From a virus (taxonomy: Duplodnaviria > Caudoviricetes), in the IMG/VR virus record IMGVR_UViG_3300020190_000207, positions 1 to 33,833 of that record: a stretch of 33,833 bases of DNA. One strand, given 5' to 3'. Positions within the stretch are counted from its first letter, which is position 1, and each line of letters starts with the position of its first letter. The notes beneath the pieces were generated by a model. The model saw only the letters and a list, made by a program, of their open reading frames with translations, was not told the DNA's origin and did no database searches. Both the position numbers and the translations under genes were made by a program. This document shows positions 9,401 through 18,893 of this stretch, piece by piece.

Positions 9401-11745
9401 CCTTGTAATCCTTGTAATCCTTGAGCGCCTTGAACACCCTGAACACCAAAGTCACCTTGAGTGCCTTGTAACCCTTGTAATCCTTGGGTCCCCTGGAATC
9501 CTTGAACACCAAAGTCACCTTGGGTGCCTTGTAATCCTTGTAATCCTTGAGTGCCTTGAATACCTTGAAGACCCTGAGTTCCCTGAACACCTTGATTAGA
9601 GAGACCTTGTAAACCCTGTAATCCTTGAGTCCCCTGTAATCCTTGAGTACCTTGAAATCCTTGAACACCTGTACCCTGAAGACCTTGTAGACCTTGTAGA
9701 CCTTGAAGACCTTGAGTCCCTTGAACACCTTGAACACCTTGATTACCAATATCCCCCTGGACACCCTGTAATCCTTGTAATCCTTGAGTGCCTTGAGCTC
9801 CTTGATTACTTAAACCTTGAGTGCCCTGAGTTCCTTGAACACCCTGATCTCCTTGAAGACCTTGAGTTCCTTGTGTTCCCTGAACACCTTGATTACCAAT
9901 ATCCCCCTGGACACCCTGTAATCCTTGTAATCCTTGAAGTCCTTGAGTTCCTTGTGTTCCCTGAACACCTGTTCCTTGAGATCCCTGCAATCCCTGAGTA
10001 CCTTGATCTCCTTGGACACCTTGAGTGCCTTGGATTCCAAGGTCTCCTTGAATTCCTTGTAATCCTTGAGTGCCTTGGGACCCCTGAACACCTTGAGTTC
10101 CTTGGGATCCTTGGGCACCAATACCCTGAGAACCTTGAAGACCTTGAGTTCCTTGAAGACCTTGTAAACCTTGGGTACCCTGAACACCAACATCCCCTTG
10201 AAGTCCTTGAGTGCCTTGGAACCCCTGAAGACCTTGTGTTCCCTGACTACCTTGAAATCCAAGTTGTCCCTGAATGCCCTGAAGACCTTGAGTTCCTTGG
10301 GATCCTTGGGTTCCTTGGGACCCTTGTATTCCAGCACCTTGAATACCTTGCAGACCTTGAGTTCCTTGTAGACCTTGTAGACCTTGAGTTCCTTGATTGC
10401 CTTGTATTCCAGCACCTTGAATACCTTGCAGACCTTGAGTTCCTTGTGTTCCCTGAACACCTTGATTACCAATATCTCCTTGAATGCCTTGTAAACCTTG
10501 GGTGCCTTGGAATCCCTGTAGACCTTGAGTTCCTTGTGTTCCCTGAACACCCGTTCCTTGAGATCCTTGAAGACCTTGAGTTCCTTGCGTACCTTGTACA
10601 CCTTGATTAGAGAGACCTTGTAGACCCTGTAATCCTTGAGTGCCCTGTAATCCTTGAGTACCCTGGACACCTTGATTGCTTAATCCTTGAAGTCCTTGAA
10701 GACCTTGTAACCCCTGAGTCCCTTGGAATCCTTGAAGACCCTGATTCCCCTGCATCCCCTGGACACCTTGCAGACCCTGGGTGCCCTGGAATCCCTGTAG
10801 TCCTTGAGTTCCTTGAACACCTTGAACACCAGAACCTTGAATACCTTGTAAACCTTGGGTGCCCTGGAATCCCTGTAGACCTTGAAGACCTTGAGTTCCT
10901 TGATATCCAAGTTCACCTTGAATACCTTGTAATCCTTGAGTGCCTTGAATACCTTGATTACCCTGTGTACCCTGATATCCAAGTTCACCTTGAATACCTT
11001 GTAATCCTTGAGTGCCTTGAATACCTTGATTACCCTGTGTACCCTGATATCCAAGTTCACCTTGAACACCTTGAGTTCCCTGAGCACCTTGAACACCCTG
11101 ATTACTTAGACCTTGAACACCCTGAGAACCCTGAGAACCGACACCTTGCGTACCCTGTATACCCTGATCACCTTGAAGACCTTGAGTTCCTTGTACACCT
11201 TGATTACTAAGACCTTGGACACCTTGGGCACCCTGAATACCAACATCTCCTTGAAGTCCTTGAGTACCCTGAACGCCCTGATTACTCAGACCCTGTAGAC
11301 CTTGGAGACCTTGAAGACCTTGGGTCCCTTGAGTGCCTTGGATTCCCTGAGTTCCTTGTGTTCCCTGAAAAGTTTCACCCTGAATACCCTGTAGTCCTTG
11401 GGTGCTTTGATTTCCTTGTACACCTTGTATCGCCTGACCCTGTAGACCCTGAGTGCCTTGAATACCTTGATTACCTTGCGTACCCTGTATACCTTGGATA
11501 CCCTGACTGAATAAATTTTCAGACTTTATCCAATAACGAGAACCAACCTCAGTACCAACTGCAATTAGAACATATTGATCATAAAATGTGCCATTAGGAA
11601 CTGGTTTTACCCCAATAGAAGATACACCTACAAGAGGATCCCCCAAATCTGGCTCAGCTTGCTCTACACCCAGAAATTCATATCTGTCAGAGGTAATACC
11701 AGACTGAGAAAATCTTCTATATCTTCCTGAGGTATATCTTGCCAT
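3490..11745 (-). CDS. Giant collagen-like tail fibre (2751 aa) with C-terminal peptidase S74 intramolecular chaperone
   Basis: An ~80-aa N-terminal segment ([18 protein letters not shown]) is followed by about 2,385 aa of Gly-X-Gln triplets. Then come a small beta domain (ATAGQTVF...VYLNG...[11 protein letters not shown]...GDIIEVV), a short second triplet run, and the S74 motif [28 protein letters not shown]...GLIAQELE...[16 protein letters not shown] with a coiled-coil tail. Confidence 0.9.
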   Translation of the reverse strand: MARYTSGRYRRFSQSGITSDRYEFLGVEQAEPDLGDPLVGVSSIGVKPVPNGTFYDQYVLIAVGTEVGSRYWIKSENLFSQGIQGIQGTQGNQGIQGTQGLQGQAIQGVQGNQSTQGLQGIQGETFQGTQGTQGIQGTQGTQGLQGLQGLQGLSNQGVQGTQGLQGDVGIQGAQGVQGLSNQGVQGTQGLQGDQGIQGTQGVGSQGSQGVQGLSNQGVQGAQGTQGVQGELGYQGTQGNQGIQGTQGLQGIQGELGYQGTQGNQGIQGTQGLQGIQGELGYQGTQGLQGLQGFQGTQGLQGIQGSGVQGVQGTQGLQGFQGTQGLQGVQGMQGNQGLQGFQGTQGLQGLQGLQGLSNQGVQGTQGLQGTQGLQGLQGLSNQGVQGTQGTQGLQGSQGTGVQGTQGTQGLQGFQGTQGLQGIQGDIGNQGVQGTQGTQGLQGIQGAGIQGNQGTQGLQGLQGTQGLQGIQGAGIQGSQGTQGSQGTQGLQGIQGQLGFQGSQGTQGLQGFQGTQGLQGDVGVQGTQGLQGLQGTQGLQGSQGIGAQGSQGTQGVQGSQGTQGLQGIQGDLGIQGTQGVQGDQGTQGLQGSQGTGVQGTQGTQGLQGLQGLQGVQGDIGNQGVQGTQGTQGLQGDQGVQGTQGTQGLSNQGAQGTQGLQGLQGVQGDIGNQGVQGVQGTQGLQGLQGLQGLQGTGVQGFQGTQGLQGTQGLQGLQGLSNQGVQGTQGLQGIQGTQGLQGLQGTQGDFGVQGFQGTQGLQGLQGTQGDFGVQGVQGAQGLQGLQGLQGTQGDFGVQGVQGTQGLQGNQGTQGLQGLQGTQGAGFQGAQGTQGLQGLQGTQGDLGVQGTQGTQGTQGLQGVQGNQGLQGLQGIQGVGAQGTQGTQGLQGLQGTQGLQGLQGTQATQGTQATQGTQATQGTQGLQGLQGSQGTQGLQGLQGTQGVGAQGTQGTQGLQGLQGLQGTQGIQGTQGTQGLQGLQGTQGLQGLQGTQGTGVQGTQGTQGLQGLQGTQGLQGDQGVQGLQGLQGVQSTQGLQGLQGTQGIGVQGTQGTQGTQGLQGTQGLQGLQGLQGLSNQGVQGTQGTQGLQGSQGLQGVQGDIGSQGLQGTQGLQGTQGIQGTQGLGTQGNQGTQGLQGLQGSQGVGAQGTQGVAGDQGTQGLQGTQGLQGRQGTQGSIGSQGTQGTLGIQGLQGLQGLQGTQGVGAQGLQGNQGTQGLQGIQGNQGVQGVGAQGLQGLQGLQGVQGSGNQGIQGSQGTQGLQGSQGTGTQGSQGTQGTQGDQGVQGSGTQGLQGLQGTQGTQGTQGTQGTQGAQGTQGPQATQGLQGVQGLQGLQGLQGVQGNQGTQGIQGNQATQGTQGTLGLQGLQGLQGTQGTQGLQGTQGLQGVGAQGLQGIQGIQGTQGLQGVQGTQGVGAQGLQGTQGLQGTQGTQGLQGLQGTQGAQGAQGTQGSRGLQGNQGLQGLQGTQGNQGTQATQGTQATQGTQGLQGLQGLQGLSIQGIQGAQATQGVQGTQGVGAQGLQGLQGLQGIQGGIGIQGTQGVQGTQSAQGTQGLQGVQGTQGLQGLQGTQGVQGTQGAQGTQATQGTQATQGTQGVQGLQGNQGTQGIQGNQGVQGIGVQGTQGTQGLQGIQGSGIQGLQGLQGLQGIQGVQGLSNQGAQGLQGLQGNQGIQGVSLQGLQGTQATQGTQGIQGTQSAQGTQGLQGIQGLIGLQGVQGTQGLQGNQGTQGTQGLQGNQGTQGLQGTQGLQGRQGTQGTQGLQGNQGTQGVQGVGAQGLQGTQGVGAQGTQGTQGLQGLQGVQGTQGLQGIQGSGIQGLQGVQGTQGLQGLQGTQGAQGTQATQGTQGLQGLLGVQGTQGLQGLQGTQGNQGLQGTQGLQGRQGTQGTQGTQGLQGTQGLQGVGIQGLQGNQGTQGLQATQGTQGTQGAQGTQGNQGIQGSGSQGAQGTQGTQGLQGLQGLQGNQGVQGTQGLQGRQGTQATQGLQGTQGLQGNQGTQATQGLQGNQGTQGLQGLQGTQGLQGLQGTQGNQGIQGSGSQGLQGLQGNQGTQGTGVQGTQGTQGTQGTQGVQATQGVQGTQGLGFQGSQGTQGNQGTQGVQGRQGTQGVQGTQGPQATQGNQGTQGTQGTGVQGTQGLQGRQGLQGNQGTQGATAAQGSQGTQGVQGSGSQGTQGPQGTQGTQGVQATQGTQAVQGTQGPQGTQGAQGAQGLQGLQGLQGTQGRQGTQGVGLQGTQGSQGLQGAAGTNAGQGAQGMQATQGTQGLQGRQGTQGLQGLSNQGIQGTQGLQGRQATQGLQGNQGTQGLQGRQGTQGAQGTIGSQGLSGTSGNQGAQGSQGVGSQGTVGSQGTVGSFGSQGNQGTQGRQGTTGTGAQGAIGSQGAIGAQGAIGAQGTIGNQGTQGVQGRQGTQGVGSQGTIGAQGTIGAQAFQGTQGVQGRQNQGVQGSSAGQGTQGNQGLGGVVGGQGTQGVQGQVVTTTPSSITKTVFSATAGQTVFSVNYGTQYILVYLNGSHLQENAEYTATNGTSVVLTSGASAGDIIEVVYFNLGNFVRGIQGVSGSFAGQGVQGLQGSQGPFGPQGVQGIVGAQGSTTTLSYAEDSTSATTHYPVFVSGSGAQNAKVRTTATAFSFVPNTGNLVVPGTVTASSDRSIKTRITPIENALEKVKKLRGVEFNYRSHGGKSIGLIAQELETVFPELVHGEGVKSVAYQNLVAVLIEAIKEMSDTMDKRDMAYRRILSSFDEKLSNFMNKYEKNDVNED
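3518..3524 (-). promoter_or_regulatory. Candidate T4-like late promoter ATAAATA
   Basis: ATAAATA on the minus strand, about 30 nt upstream of the ATG at 3488. Confidence 0.5.
4350..11505 (-). repeat. 9-nt-period coding repeat (CAR GGN NNN) encoding (Gln-Gly-X)n
   Basis: The plus strand shows ccttg/ccctg recurring about every 9 nt over ~7.1 kb. It includes a perfect 72-nt tandem duplication starting at 10902, 10974 and 11046. Boundaries are approximate. Confidence 0.97.
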
Positions 11746-11750
11746 TTATG

Positions 11751-12104
11751 CTACTGCTTCGCGGTTTCAAGTACACTCAAAACAAGTTGCAAGACATCAT
11801 TCGCATTACCTTGAATTTTGATAACATCATTAGTTTCAAGAGCGAGTCTTCCATCAGTAATCAAATTCAAACTATCATTTGAAGGAATTGGAATTGCATT
11901 TGCAAATTTATAATCGGACGGAATCTCTGAAGGTCTAGAGTGAATCGCAGTAACTGAAAAAACACTTCCTGCAGCAGCGACATTAGTTACCTGGGAGAGA
12001 ATCACAATTGTTGCTACTCCAGTTGGGCAAGTATAAATTCCAACTAAATTAGTCGTTATACCAACTCTTATCGTTCGAAATTTATTAAGTGCAATTACTG
12101 CCAT
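11751..12104 (-). CDS. Small conserved virion structural protein (cyanomyovirus type)
   Basis: IYTCPTGVATIVILSQVTN...GRLALETNDVIKI...LVLSVLETA is the IYT.P...LVLE..D pattern of small beta-sandwich structural proteins. The gene is tightly packed between two fibre-like genes. Confidence 0.7.
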   Translation of the reverse strand: MAVIALNKFRTIRVGITTNLVGIYTCPTGVATIVILSQVTNVAAAGSVFSVTAIHSRPSEIPSDYKFANAIPIPSNDSLNLITDGRLALETNDVIKIQGNANDVLQLVLSVLETAKQ

Positions 12105-12106
12105 TT

Positions 12107-15100
12107 TTACTTACCTAACGCAATAATGAGAGGAGTTACTGTATTTAACAGACTTTGACTAAAGGCTCTACCTGAAATTGTTCCTGTAAGTTGGTTAATA
12201 ACTACATTATCTCCAATTTGGAAGTTACCTGCTTGGTTTGTACTGGTATATACAACTTGTCCACCTCTAATTTTATCAACTTCATTTGGTTGAATTGTAA
12301 CTCCACCCAGAGATGGTTTTGCTGTATTAATATTTGTTCCAGATCCAACCCATTCTAGTGAGATTGAAGTTGCAATTTGCAAACTCAATCTTGAGAAATA
12401 AATTGTTGTACCAGCACCTATCGTACTATTTAGATTTGATAATAGAGTGATGGTTGAGATTCCTGCAACAGGAAGTGTTGCACTTTGAATATTAAAATAA
12501 ATTGGTTCTAAAAATGATATTGCAGCAGCACCGCTACCAACTCCACCAATTGGAGAAAATGTAACTGTTGGTGGTGTTGAATATTGAGATCCAGAACTAA
12601 TTACATCAACCGATATTACTGTTCCTGTCGCATCAATGTTTGCACTTCCCTCCGCAGTAATTCCATTTGGACCAGTTGGGGCGCTGATTATTACATCTGG
12701 TGGGAAAAGATATCCACTTCCACCATTTGTTACCTCGATACGAGATACTGTATTATAAAGATCACCAAAATAAATTGCCTGTCCATCGTAAGGTCTATAA
12801 GTGCCAACACCAGAAACAACTATTTCATCAGTTTCAATTTGCGCTTCTCCTACGGATTGAGCGGTATAACGATAAATTGATTTTGAAGTCGCATCACCAA
12901 CACCATCAGAGACAAGACCAAAGTTGCCAAATGAGCAGTTTGAGTTGGTAATATCACATTGTCCTCCAGATTTAGTAAAGATTCCAATATCGTCACAGAT
13001 TGTAAAAATAGAAACTAATTGAGCATATGCTCCGTTTGTAACTGATACTCCAATACCACCTTGATTAAATTGTGTATAAGAGTCTACAGACATTGTTCCA
13101 GTCACGCCAATATCATCTTTATCTCCAGGTTCAGCGTTGAAACCATCAACTTTTAGCCCAATACTATTGGCAATAAAATTGGTAGCATTTCTGATATATG
13201 GTCCCTGATCAATTGGCCCAGTTCCTCTTGAGTAAGGAGGAACAACAACGCCACCAGTCAAGTAATAATGAGGGATGGTGTTAATTCCTGTATTGATAAC
13301 AAAAGTTGACCCATATCCTATGACTTCCTCTACCGCAAAATTATATCCAGTATTAGATGTAGGATAGATTGTTGTTGTAGCAGCTCCACTAGTGCAAATA
13401 AATTCTAGATCTCTAACAGATACAACATCACCAATATCAACAAACGCTCCTGGTGCTGTAATGGTTGTGACGCCAGTTATGTGATCATACGTTGCGAAAG
13501 AGACAGGTATTGCACGATTGATTATTGTTCCACCAGAGATATAAGTATGTATTAATGTTGATACACCAACATAAATTTCAAAAGTATTATCTGAATTAAT
13601 TTCATCAACATAAAATTCGTATCCAAATTTACCAGATGGGAATTTTTGAGTTGTCGTTCCAATCCCTGTTCCAGAAGTACAAGAGAATATCAAATCCCTA
13701 AGTTCAATTGGATCGCCTTCCCTAACAATCAGTCCAGGTGCTGTGATTGTTGTCTTTCCAGTTTCCCCCTCATAAATCGCACTAGTTATACCAACAATAT
13801 CTGTGAATCCATATCCAGAATTACCACCAAAAGCAGGGACAACGACAGAACCAGATTTTAGTGCTGTTGATCCAAGTCCAACAATACTTGTTACAACTCC
13901 AACACAAGAACGAATTGCAGAAATAACATTTTTACATGAATTGAGAGCATCATTATATCCTGTTTGACCGTCAATCTGAATTGACATGTCTTTTACTTGA
14001 GTGAATGTTGGTTGGAAGTTTCTATATTTTTCAACTGTTCCCCCCGAAACATAAGTATGAGGGAGAACTGTTTTACCTGCAACAAAAGTAAATGTGTTTG
14101 GACCTACAACAGATTTAACAGGGAAAATGTAATTAAAAGTTCCATCTGGGAAGATTTTTGTTGTATAATTTGCGGTGAGGGTTCCACCAGTCACATAAAT
14201 GTGATCTAAAGTTGAAACTCCAACATTGACCTTAACTTTATTAGAAACATAAAGATCTGGGAAAGATGGACCTATAGTTCCTATCCCAATAGTTGATGTA
14301 AGGATACCGACAAGATTATCGATATTTGACTGAACATCGGCACAAGAATATGGATTTGTATTTGAAGTGGTTCCGATTCCTGGATTTGGATCAGCCGTAA
14401 TTGTTAAGTCTCTATTATTGAGTTGATTATTAATTGCAAGTTTTGCATAATCTCTCACAGAATGGAACCCGACAATTGACTGTGCGGTTTCTCCAACCAA
14501 TCCATCCGAAATTGGGACACCAGCGGCGGTGAAGTAAGATCTCGTGGCTTCACGAATATGCTTATTAGTCCCATATCTTACATCCTTAATAAGTGCATCA
14601 ACAATAAATCCTAAATCCCTACGACACTTATTTTCTCCTGCAGGAAATACCCCATTATTCACACGAATTTTATTGACATTAGTTAATGAACCATTGGTAA
14701 ATGCAGTGGTTGCAATAGAAACTAAAGTATTAATTGCCTGTTGAACATCCGCACAAGATGCTGTGCTGGTATTAATGCCAGTTCCAGGATCAGCAGTAAT
14801 TGTAAGATCAGTGATAGTTAGATTATTAGTAATTGCAAGTTTCATCAGGTTTCTTGCCTGATTGAATGCATAAACAGATTCTGTTATTTCTCCAACTAAT
14901 CCATTAGAAATAGGAGCGCCAGATGAATTGAAATATGTTTTAGTAAATTGAATTGTGTAAGTATTTCCTCCACTAAAGACATCCGTTGAAACTGCATCAA
15001 CAAAATATGCAAGATCTCGTTTGCACTTATCCATTGTTGTGGATATTCCTGGATAAACATTATAAGTATTAGTCCAAGCAGTTCCGACTATTTCTTGTTT

Positions 15101-18100
15101 ATTTAATTGAATGAGGCGATATGAGTCTTTGAATCTAGAAAATCTAGTGGTTTGTAAATCATTTGGATAATAAAAGTCTGGGAAAGATAATGCTATTGCG
15201 GCTAAAGATTTATCAATGATTTCATTTTTATTTGACTCTATAAGATTAGAGGCATCGACGTAACGATCATTATTTGTTGAGATAACATTAAACTCATATC
15301 CAAGATTTCCACTAGGATAATATGCTGTTGCAGGTCCACCACCACTATCACAAATGAATACTAGATTTTCTAATTTTACCTTTTTATTAGGTTCAATGAA
15401 AAGATGTGGTCCAACAGTTGTCCCCAACCCGACAGTGGTAATTGTTGTGATACCAGTGAGTTTATCATAAAAAGCGGTAGAAATTCCAAATACTGGAGTA
15501 TAAAGTCTCCTAGCAGTTCCTCCAGAAACATAGGTGTGATCAAGAGTTGAAACACCAACATTGACCGTAAATTTAGTTGATGACCTTCTTAGACGTGATG
15601 GTGGTGGTTCTATTACATCAAGAACTGTAAAATCATATCCAAGGTTACCACTAGGATAAGATGCTGTTGATGGTCCACCACCACTATCGCATATAAAAAC
15701 TAGATCATTTAGTCTTACTCTTTCTCCAGATACGATATCTAGAGAAGAAGACAATGTAATTGTTGATATACCAGTTGTCTTATCATATGTTGCGGTAGAA
15801 ACTGTAATTGCAAATCCTGGGGAACCATTATCACACTCATAGAGCAGCCCAGTAATTCTTGCCGCATCATTTTTGACAAGTCCATGATTATTCGCAGTAA
15901 TTGTGGTTATCCCTGTGCTTGCATCATACACTGCATTAACAACCGTTGTTCCAAGACCTACTGGGTATCCACCCCATGTGCAGTTGTTTACAACCGCTCT
16001 TGCAATATTAAATGAATAGTCAAGGGTAGCAACTGTCTGCTTAACTTCTTCGGGATTTTTGAGTGTGTTAGGAATGAAATTGAAGTCATCATTAAAATAT
16101 GACTTTGCAGCCCCAACACATTTTGCATTACCACCTCTTGTAATATCAAAAGAAACTGCTTTATAAATGTCTTTGATATCATCGGCACAATCAATAGAAT
16201 CTAGATTAACACCATAACGAATTGCAGGAGCCGCAGTTGTTCCAATACCAATCATACTTGTTATAATTCCAACAAGTTGTCTGATTGTAGTTCCAACACC
16301 AACACAACCACCCGCAACTTGAATAACTGATAGATCTTTGAATTGAGTTATGCTCCCAACACCAGACTGGTATGAAATTGGTGGGGTCAAGTTATTAATA
16401 ACATGAGTTGCAATTCCTATAGCATAATCAAACGCAGCAATTGTAGCCTGTTGGGTTGCAATCCCAGTAATGTGAATCAATCCACCAGAATTATTATAGT
16501 AAGAAAATCCAGCACCTATTGAATTTCTATTACTGTTTGCTTTCAAATCTTTAGCGACAGCATCTATAATACTTACAACGTCTTCTTTACAGTTTGTATA
16601 ATCATTACTATTCAAATTAAAATTATATCCTGATGGAGATGTCAAGAATCCAACTGCTTCTGCTGCAATAAATCCAGTATTCAAATCAAGAAGTCTTGCT
16701 GCATCTTGTTCACGATGACTTCCTGCAAATCCACTAAATCCACTGGTTAAGAATCCAACAGATTCTCTTGCAATATAATCAAGATTGAAACGAAGCAATC
16801 TTGCAGCATCAAAATATCTATCTGATGATGGTCCTAATAGTGGTTGTAAGGCAACGATAGCAGCCCCATTTGTTGAAGGTTGTCCTCTAAAACTAACATC
16901 TGTAACGTGACAACCGCTATTAACATAAAATAAATCTCTCTCTGGATATTTTGGAGTAATCACCACGTTTCTAAGTTCTGTCCCTTCAACAGAAACTGTT
17001 TTTGCCAGAACAATTGGATTCTCTTCAACATAAGTTCCTGGAAATGGTTTGATTGTATCACCAAATAAAGCTACCGATGCCGCAGATTTAATTGTTCTTT
17101 TCGGATGATTTTCTGCCAACCCAGTATTATCATCATTACCGTTTAATGAAACATAGATTGTTCTTCCTACTGGTTTGTAGGAAGTAATTTCTACAATTCC
17201 TTTTCCATTTGCTTGTGTAGACTCAATATCAATTCCAATTCCAGGAATAACACTTGTAACAATTCCAGTTAGTTGCGAGCCCTCACCCTTAAAAGTAGTG
17301 GCACTAACAATACCAGCACCACTTTGTTCGCCAACTGTGACCAATGATTCATAATCATAAAACTTGAAGTTTTCTGAACCAGATGGTATATTTTGTGGGT
17401 TTTTATATATTACCTGATTTGGATCACCAGCAATAGGTCCTACAAGACCCTGTGTTCCTTGTGGGCTTTGAACACCCTGATTGCCCTGCATCCCCTGGGT
17501 TGCTTGTGTTCCTTGAATACCCTGATCTCCTTGAAGACCTTGAGTTCCTTGGGTTCCTTGAGTTCCTTGATTGCCTTGAAGACCTTGAAGACCTTGAGTT
17601 CCTTGATTACCTTGAAGACCTTGTGTTCCTTGATCTCCAATGGTGCCTTGAACACCTTGATCACCTTGAGTTCCTTGTTGACCTTGAACACCTTGAGATC
17701 CTTGAAGACCTTGGGATCCCTGTAGACCTTGAGTTCCTTGAGTTGCTTGTGTTCCCTGAACACCTTGATTAGAAAGTCCCTGAGTTCCTTGAACACCCTG
17801 ATCTCCTTGAAGACCTTGAAGACCTTGCGTTCCTTGAACACCTTGATTAGCAAGACCCTGAGTTCCTTGTCCACCTTGAAGACCTTGTGTACCTTGTAAA
17901 CCTTGTGTACCCTGAACTGATGTCCCCTGAAGACCCTGAAGACCTTGATTCCCCTGGGTTGCTTGTGTTCCTTGAAAGTTACTGAGAGGTCCCTGGACAC
18001 CTTGAGTTCCTTGAACACCCTGAGTTCCTTGAAGACCTTGAAGACCTTGAAGACCTTGAATACCCTGGTTAGCAAGACCCTGACCACCTTGTGTTGCTTG

Positions 18101-18883
18101 AGCACCTTGAAGACCTTGATTACCTTGAAGACCTTGAGTTGCTTGAACTCCTTGCAATCCTTGAACACCCTGAGGTCCTCTAGTAGCAGCTTTGAGAATT
18201 GAAAACTCAGTAGCATTGACAATTGTGTTGACTGGTGTTGCTTGATCTGCCTGGTCCATCCAGGCATAAACTTCAATATAGTCTCCAGCATTTATTAATG
18301 CTTGTGTTGCAATCTGTAAGTTTTTACCATTTCCTGCTGCTGTTCCACCACTGTAGGTAGTGGTTCTTGTTTGTGTAACTTCAACTCCATTTAGGAAAAT
18401 AGAGCATATTGGATTTACCTCTGCCGCACCAGTGTTATCAATACCAATATTGATATTGATAATGTAAATACCATTATTATTGATAGTTATTCTTTGGGGT
18501 ATAGTTGTATTAGAATGCGTAAAAAAGTCAGTTTTATAGACTTCAGAATCAAATCGAATAGGAACTCTATTCGCATAAGTTACATTGATATCTTCAGTGA
18601 GAGAAGTTTTTCTAAACTTCGCAGCCTGAAGTTCTGTTCCATATCCAACATTACCCCAAAACCAACCCCCATTACCGTCAGATAAAACAAGATCACCAAT
18701 ATTACCAGAAAAATTTGCAGAATCATAAATTCCACCATTAATTCTTACATTATTAAATGTAGAATTCTCTGGTGATTGTATGTCACCTTTGAAAAGTTCT
18801 GCCTCTATTTGTTGGAAAAACTTAGCATTCTGATAAAACCACGCCTCTTCGCCAACTATAAATCTATTTTCTGGTGCTGGCAT
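12107..18883 (-). CDS. Large multidomain virion structural / fibre protein (2258 aa)
   Basis: An N-terminal C1q/BclA-like jelly-roll (~18620-18190) precedes ~245 aa of Gly-X-Gln repeat. A pectin-lyase-like beta-helix starts at IYVSLNGNDDNTG...KRTIKSAA...PGTYVEENP and resumes at GPYIRNATNF...DSYTQFNQGGIG. Between these halves lie helical C..D....DA...D repeats and YD..TG.TTIT...H.YV.GGT repeats. The end has V.NGGSGY...P.V repeats and a C-terminal GDNVVINQLTGTISGRAF motif. Confidence 0.85.
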   Translation of the reverse strand: MPAPENRFIVGEEAWFYQNAKFFQQIEAELFKGDIQSPENSTFNNVRINGGIYDSANFSGNIGDLVLSDGNGGWFWGNVGYGTELQAAKFRKTSLTEDINVTYANRVPIRFDSEVYKTDFFTHSNTTIPQRITINNNGIYIININIGIDNTGAAEVNPICSIFLNGVEVTQTRTTTYSGGTAAGNGKNLQIATQALINAGDYIEVYAWMDQADQATPVNTIVNATEFSILKAATRGPQGVQGLQGVQATQGLQGNQGLQGAQATQGGQGLANQGIQGLQGLQGLQGTQGVQGTQGVQGPLSNFQGTQATQGNQGLQGLQGTSVQGTQGLQGTQGLQGGQGTQGLANQGVQGTQGLQGLQGDQGVQGTQGLSNQGVQGTQATQGTQGLQGSQGLQGSQGVQGQQGTQGDQGVQGTIGDQGTQGLQGNQGTQGLQGLQGNQGTQGTQGTQGLQGDQGIQGTQATQGMQGNQGVQSPQGTQGLVGPIAGDPNQVIYKNPQNIPSGSENFKFYDYESLVTVGEQSGAGIVSATTFKGEGSQLTGIVTSVIPGIGIDIESTQANGKGIVEITSYKPVGRTIYVSLNGNDDNTGLAENHPKRTIKSAASVALFGDTIKPFPGTYVEENPIVLAKTVSVEGTELRNVVITPKYPERDLFYVNSGCHVTDVSFRGQPSTNGAAIVALQPLLGPSSDRYFDAARLLRFNLDYIARESVGFLTSGFSGFAGSHREQDAARLLDLNTGFIAAEAVGFLTSPSGYNFNLNSNDYTNCKEDVVSIIDAVAKDLKANSNRNSIGAGFSYYNNSGGLIHITGIATQQATIAAFDYAIGIATHVINNLTPPISYQSGVGSITQFKDLSVIQVAGGCVGVGTTIRQLVGIITSMIGIGTTAAPAIRYGVNLDSIDCADDIKDIYKAVSFDITRGGNAKCVGAAKSYFNDDFNFIPNTLKNPEEVKQTVATLDYSFNIARAVVNNCTWGGYPVGLGTTVVNAVYDASTGITTITANNHGLVKNDAARITGLLYECDNGSPGFAITVSTATYDKTTGISTITLSSSLDIVSGERVRLNDLVFICDSGGGPSTASYPSGNLGYDFTVLDVIEPPPSRLRRSSTKFTVNVGVSTLDHTYVSGGTARRLYTPVFGISTAFYDKLTGITTITTVGLGTTVGPHLFIEPNKKVKLENLVFICDSGGGPATAYYPSGNLGYEFNVISTNNDRYVDASNLIESNKNEIIDKSLAAIALSFPDFYYPNDLQTTRFSRFKDSYRLIQLNKQEIVGTAWTNTYNVYPGISTTMDKCKRDLAYFVDAVSTDVFSGGNTYTIQFTKTYFNSSGAPISNGLVGEITESVYAFNQARNLMKLAITNNLTITDLTITADPGTGINTSTASCADVQQAINTLVSIATTAFTNGSLTNVNKIRVNNGVFPAGENKCRRDLGFIVDALIKDVRYGTNKHIREATRSYFTAAGVPISDGLVGETAQSIVGFHSVRDYAKLAINNQLNNRDLTITADPNPGIGTTSNTNPYSCADVQSNIDNLVGILTSTIGIGTIGPSFPDLYVSNKVKVNVGVSTLDHIYVTGGTLTANYTTKIFPDGTFNYIFPVKSVVGPNTFTFVAGKTVLPHTYVSGGTVEKYRNFQPTFTQVKDMSIQIDGQTGYNDALNSCKNVISAIRSCVGVVTSIVGLGSTALKSGSVVVPAFGGNSGYGFTDIVGITSAIYEGETGKTTITAPGLIVREGDPIELRDLIFSCTSGTGIGTTTQKFPSGKFGYEFYVDEINSDNTFEIYVGVSTLIHTYISGGTIINRAIPVSFATYDHITGVTTITAPGAFVDIGDVVSVRDLEFICTSGAATTTIYPTSNTGYNFAVEEVIGYGSTFVINTGINTIPHYYLTGGVVVPPYSRGTGPIDQGPYIRNATNFIANSIGLKVDGFNAEPGDKDDIGVTGTMSVDSYTQFNQGGIGVSVTNGAYAQLVSIFTICDDIGIFTKSGGQCDITNSNCSFGNFGLVSDGVGDATSKSIYRYTAQSVGEAQIETDEIVVSGVGTYRPYDGQAIYFGDLYNTVSRIEVTNGGSGYLFPPDVIISAPTGPNGITAEGSANIDATGTVISVDVISSGSQYSTPPTVTFSPIGGVGSGAAAISFLEPIYFNIQSATLPVAGISTITLLSNLNSTIGAGTTIYFSRLSLQIATSISLEWVGSGTNINTAKPSLGGVTIQPNEVDKIRGGQVVYTSTNQAGNFQIGDNVVINQLTGTISGRAFSQSLLNTVTPLIIALGK
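17440..18180 (-). repeat. Second Gly-X-Gln collagen-like tract
   Basis: Runs from [11 protein letters not shown] to QGTQGLVGP, with the same triplet vocabulary and QGLSNQG/QGLANQG interruptions as the giant fibre. Confidence 0.95.
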
Positions 18884-18893
18884 GTGATTTTAC

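Noticed and set aside
4326-11298. Many long alternative-frame and antisense ORFs (LEFLEDL..., KVFKEL..., TLSSL...) over the collagen gene, also at 17393-18291
   Set aside because: These are shadows of the 9-nt periodic Gln-Gly-X code, which rarely produces stops in other frames. They are low complexity and have no independent start signals.
4350-11505. CRISPR array or non-coding satellite
   Set aside because: There is no constant repeat with unique spacers. Variation is concentrated at synonymous positions of one uninterrupted reading frame.
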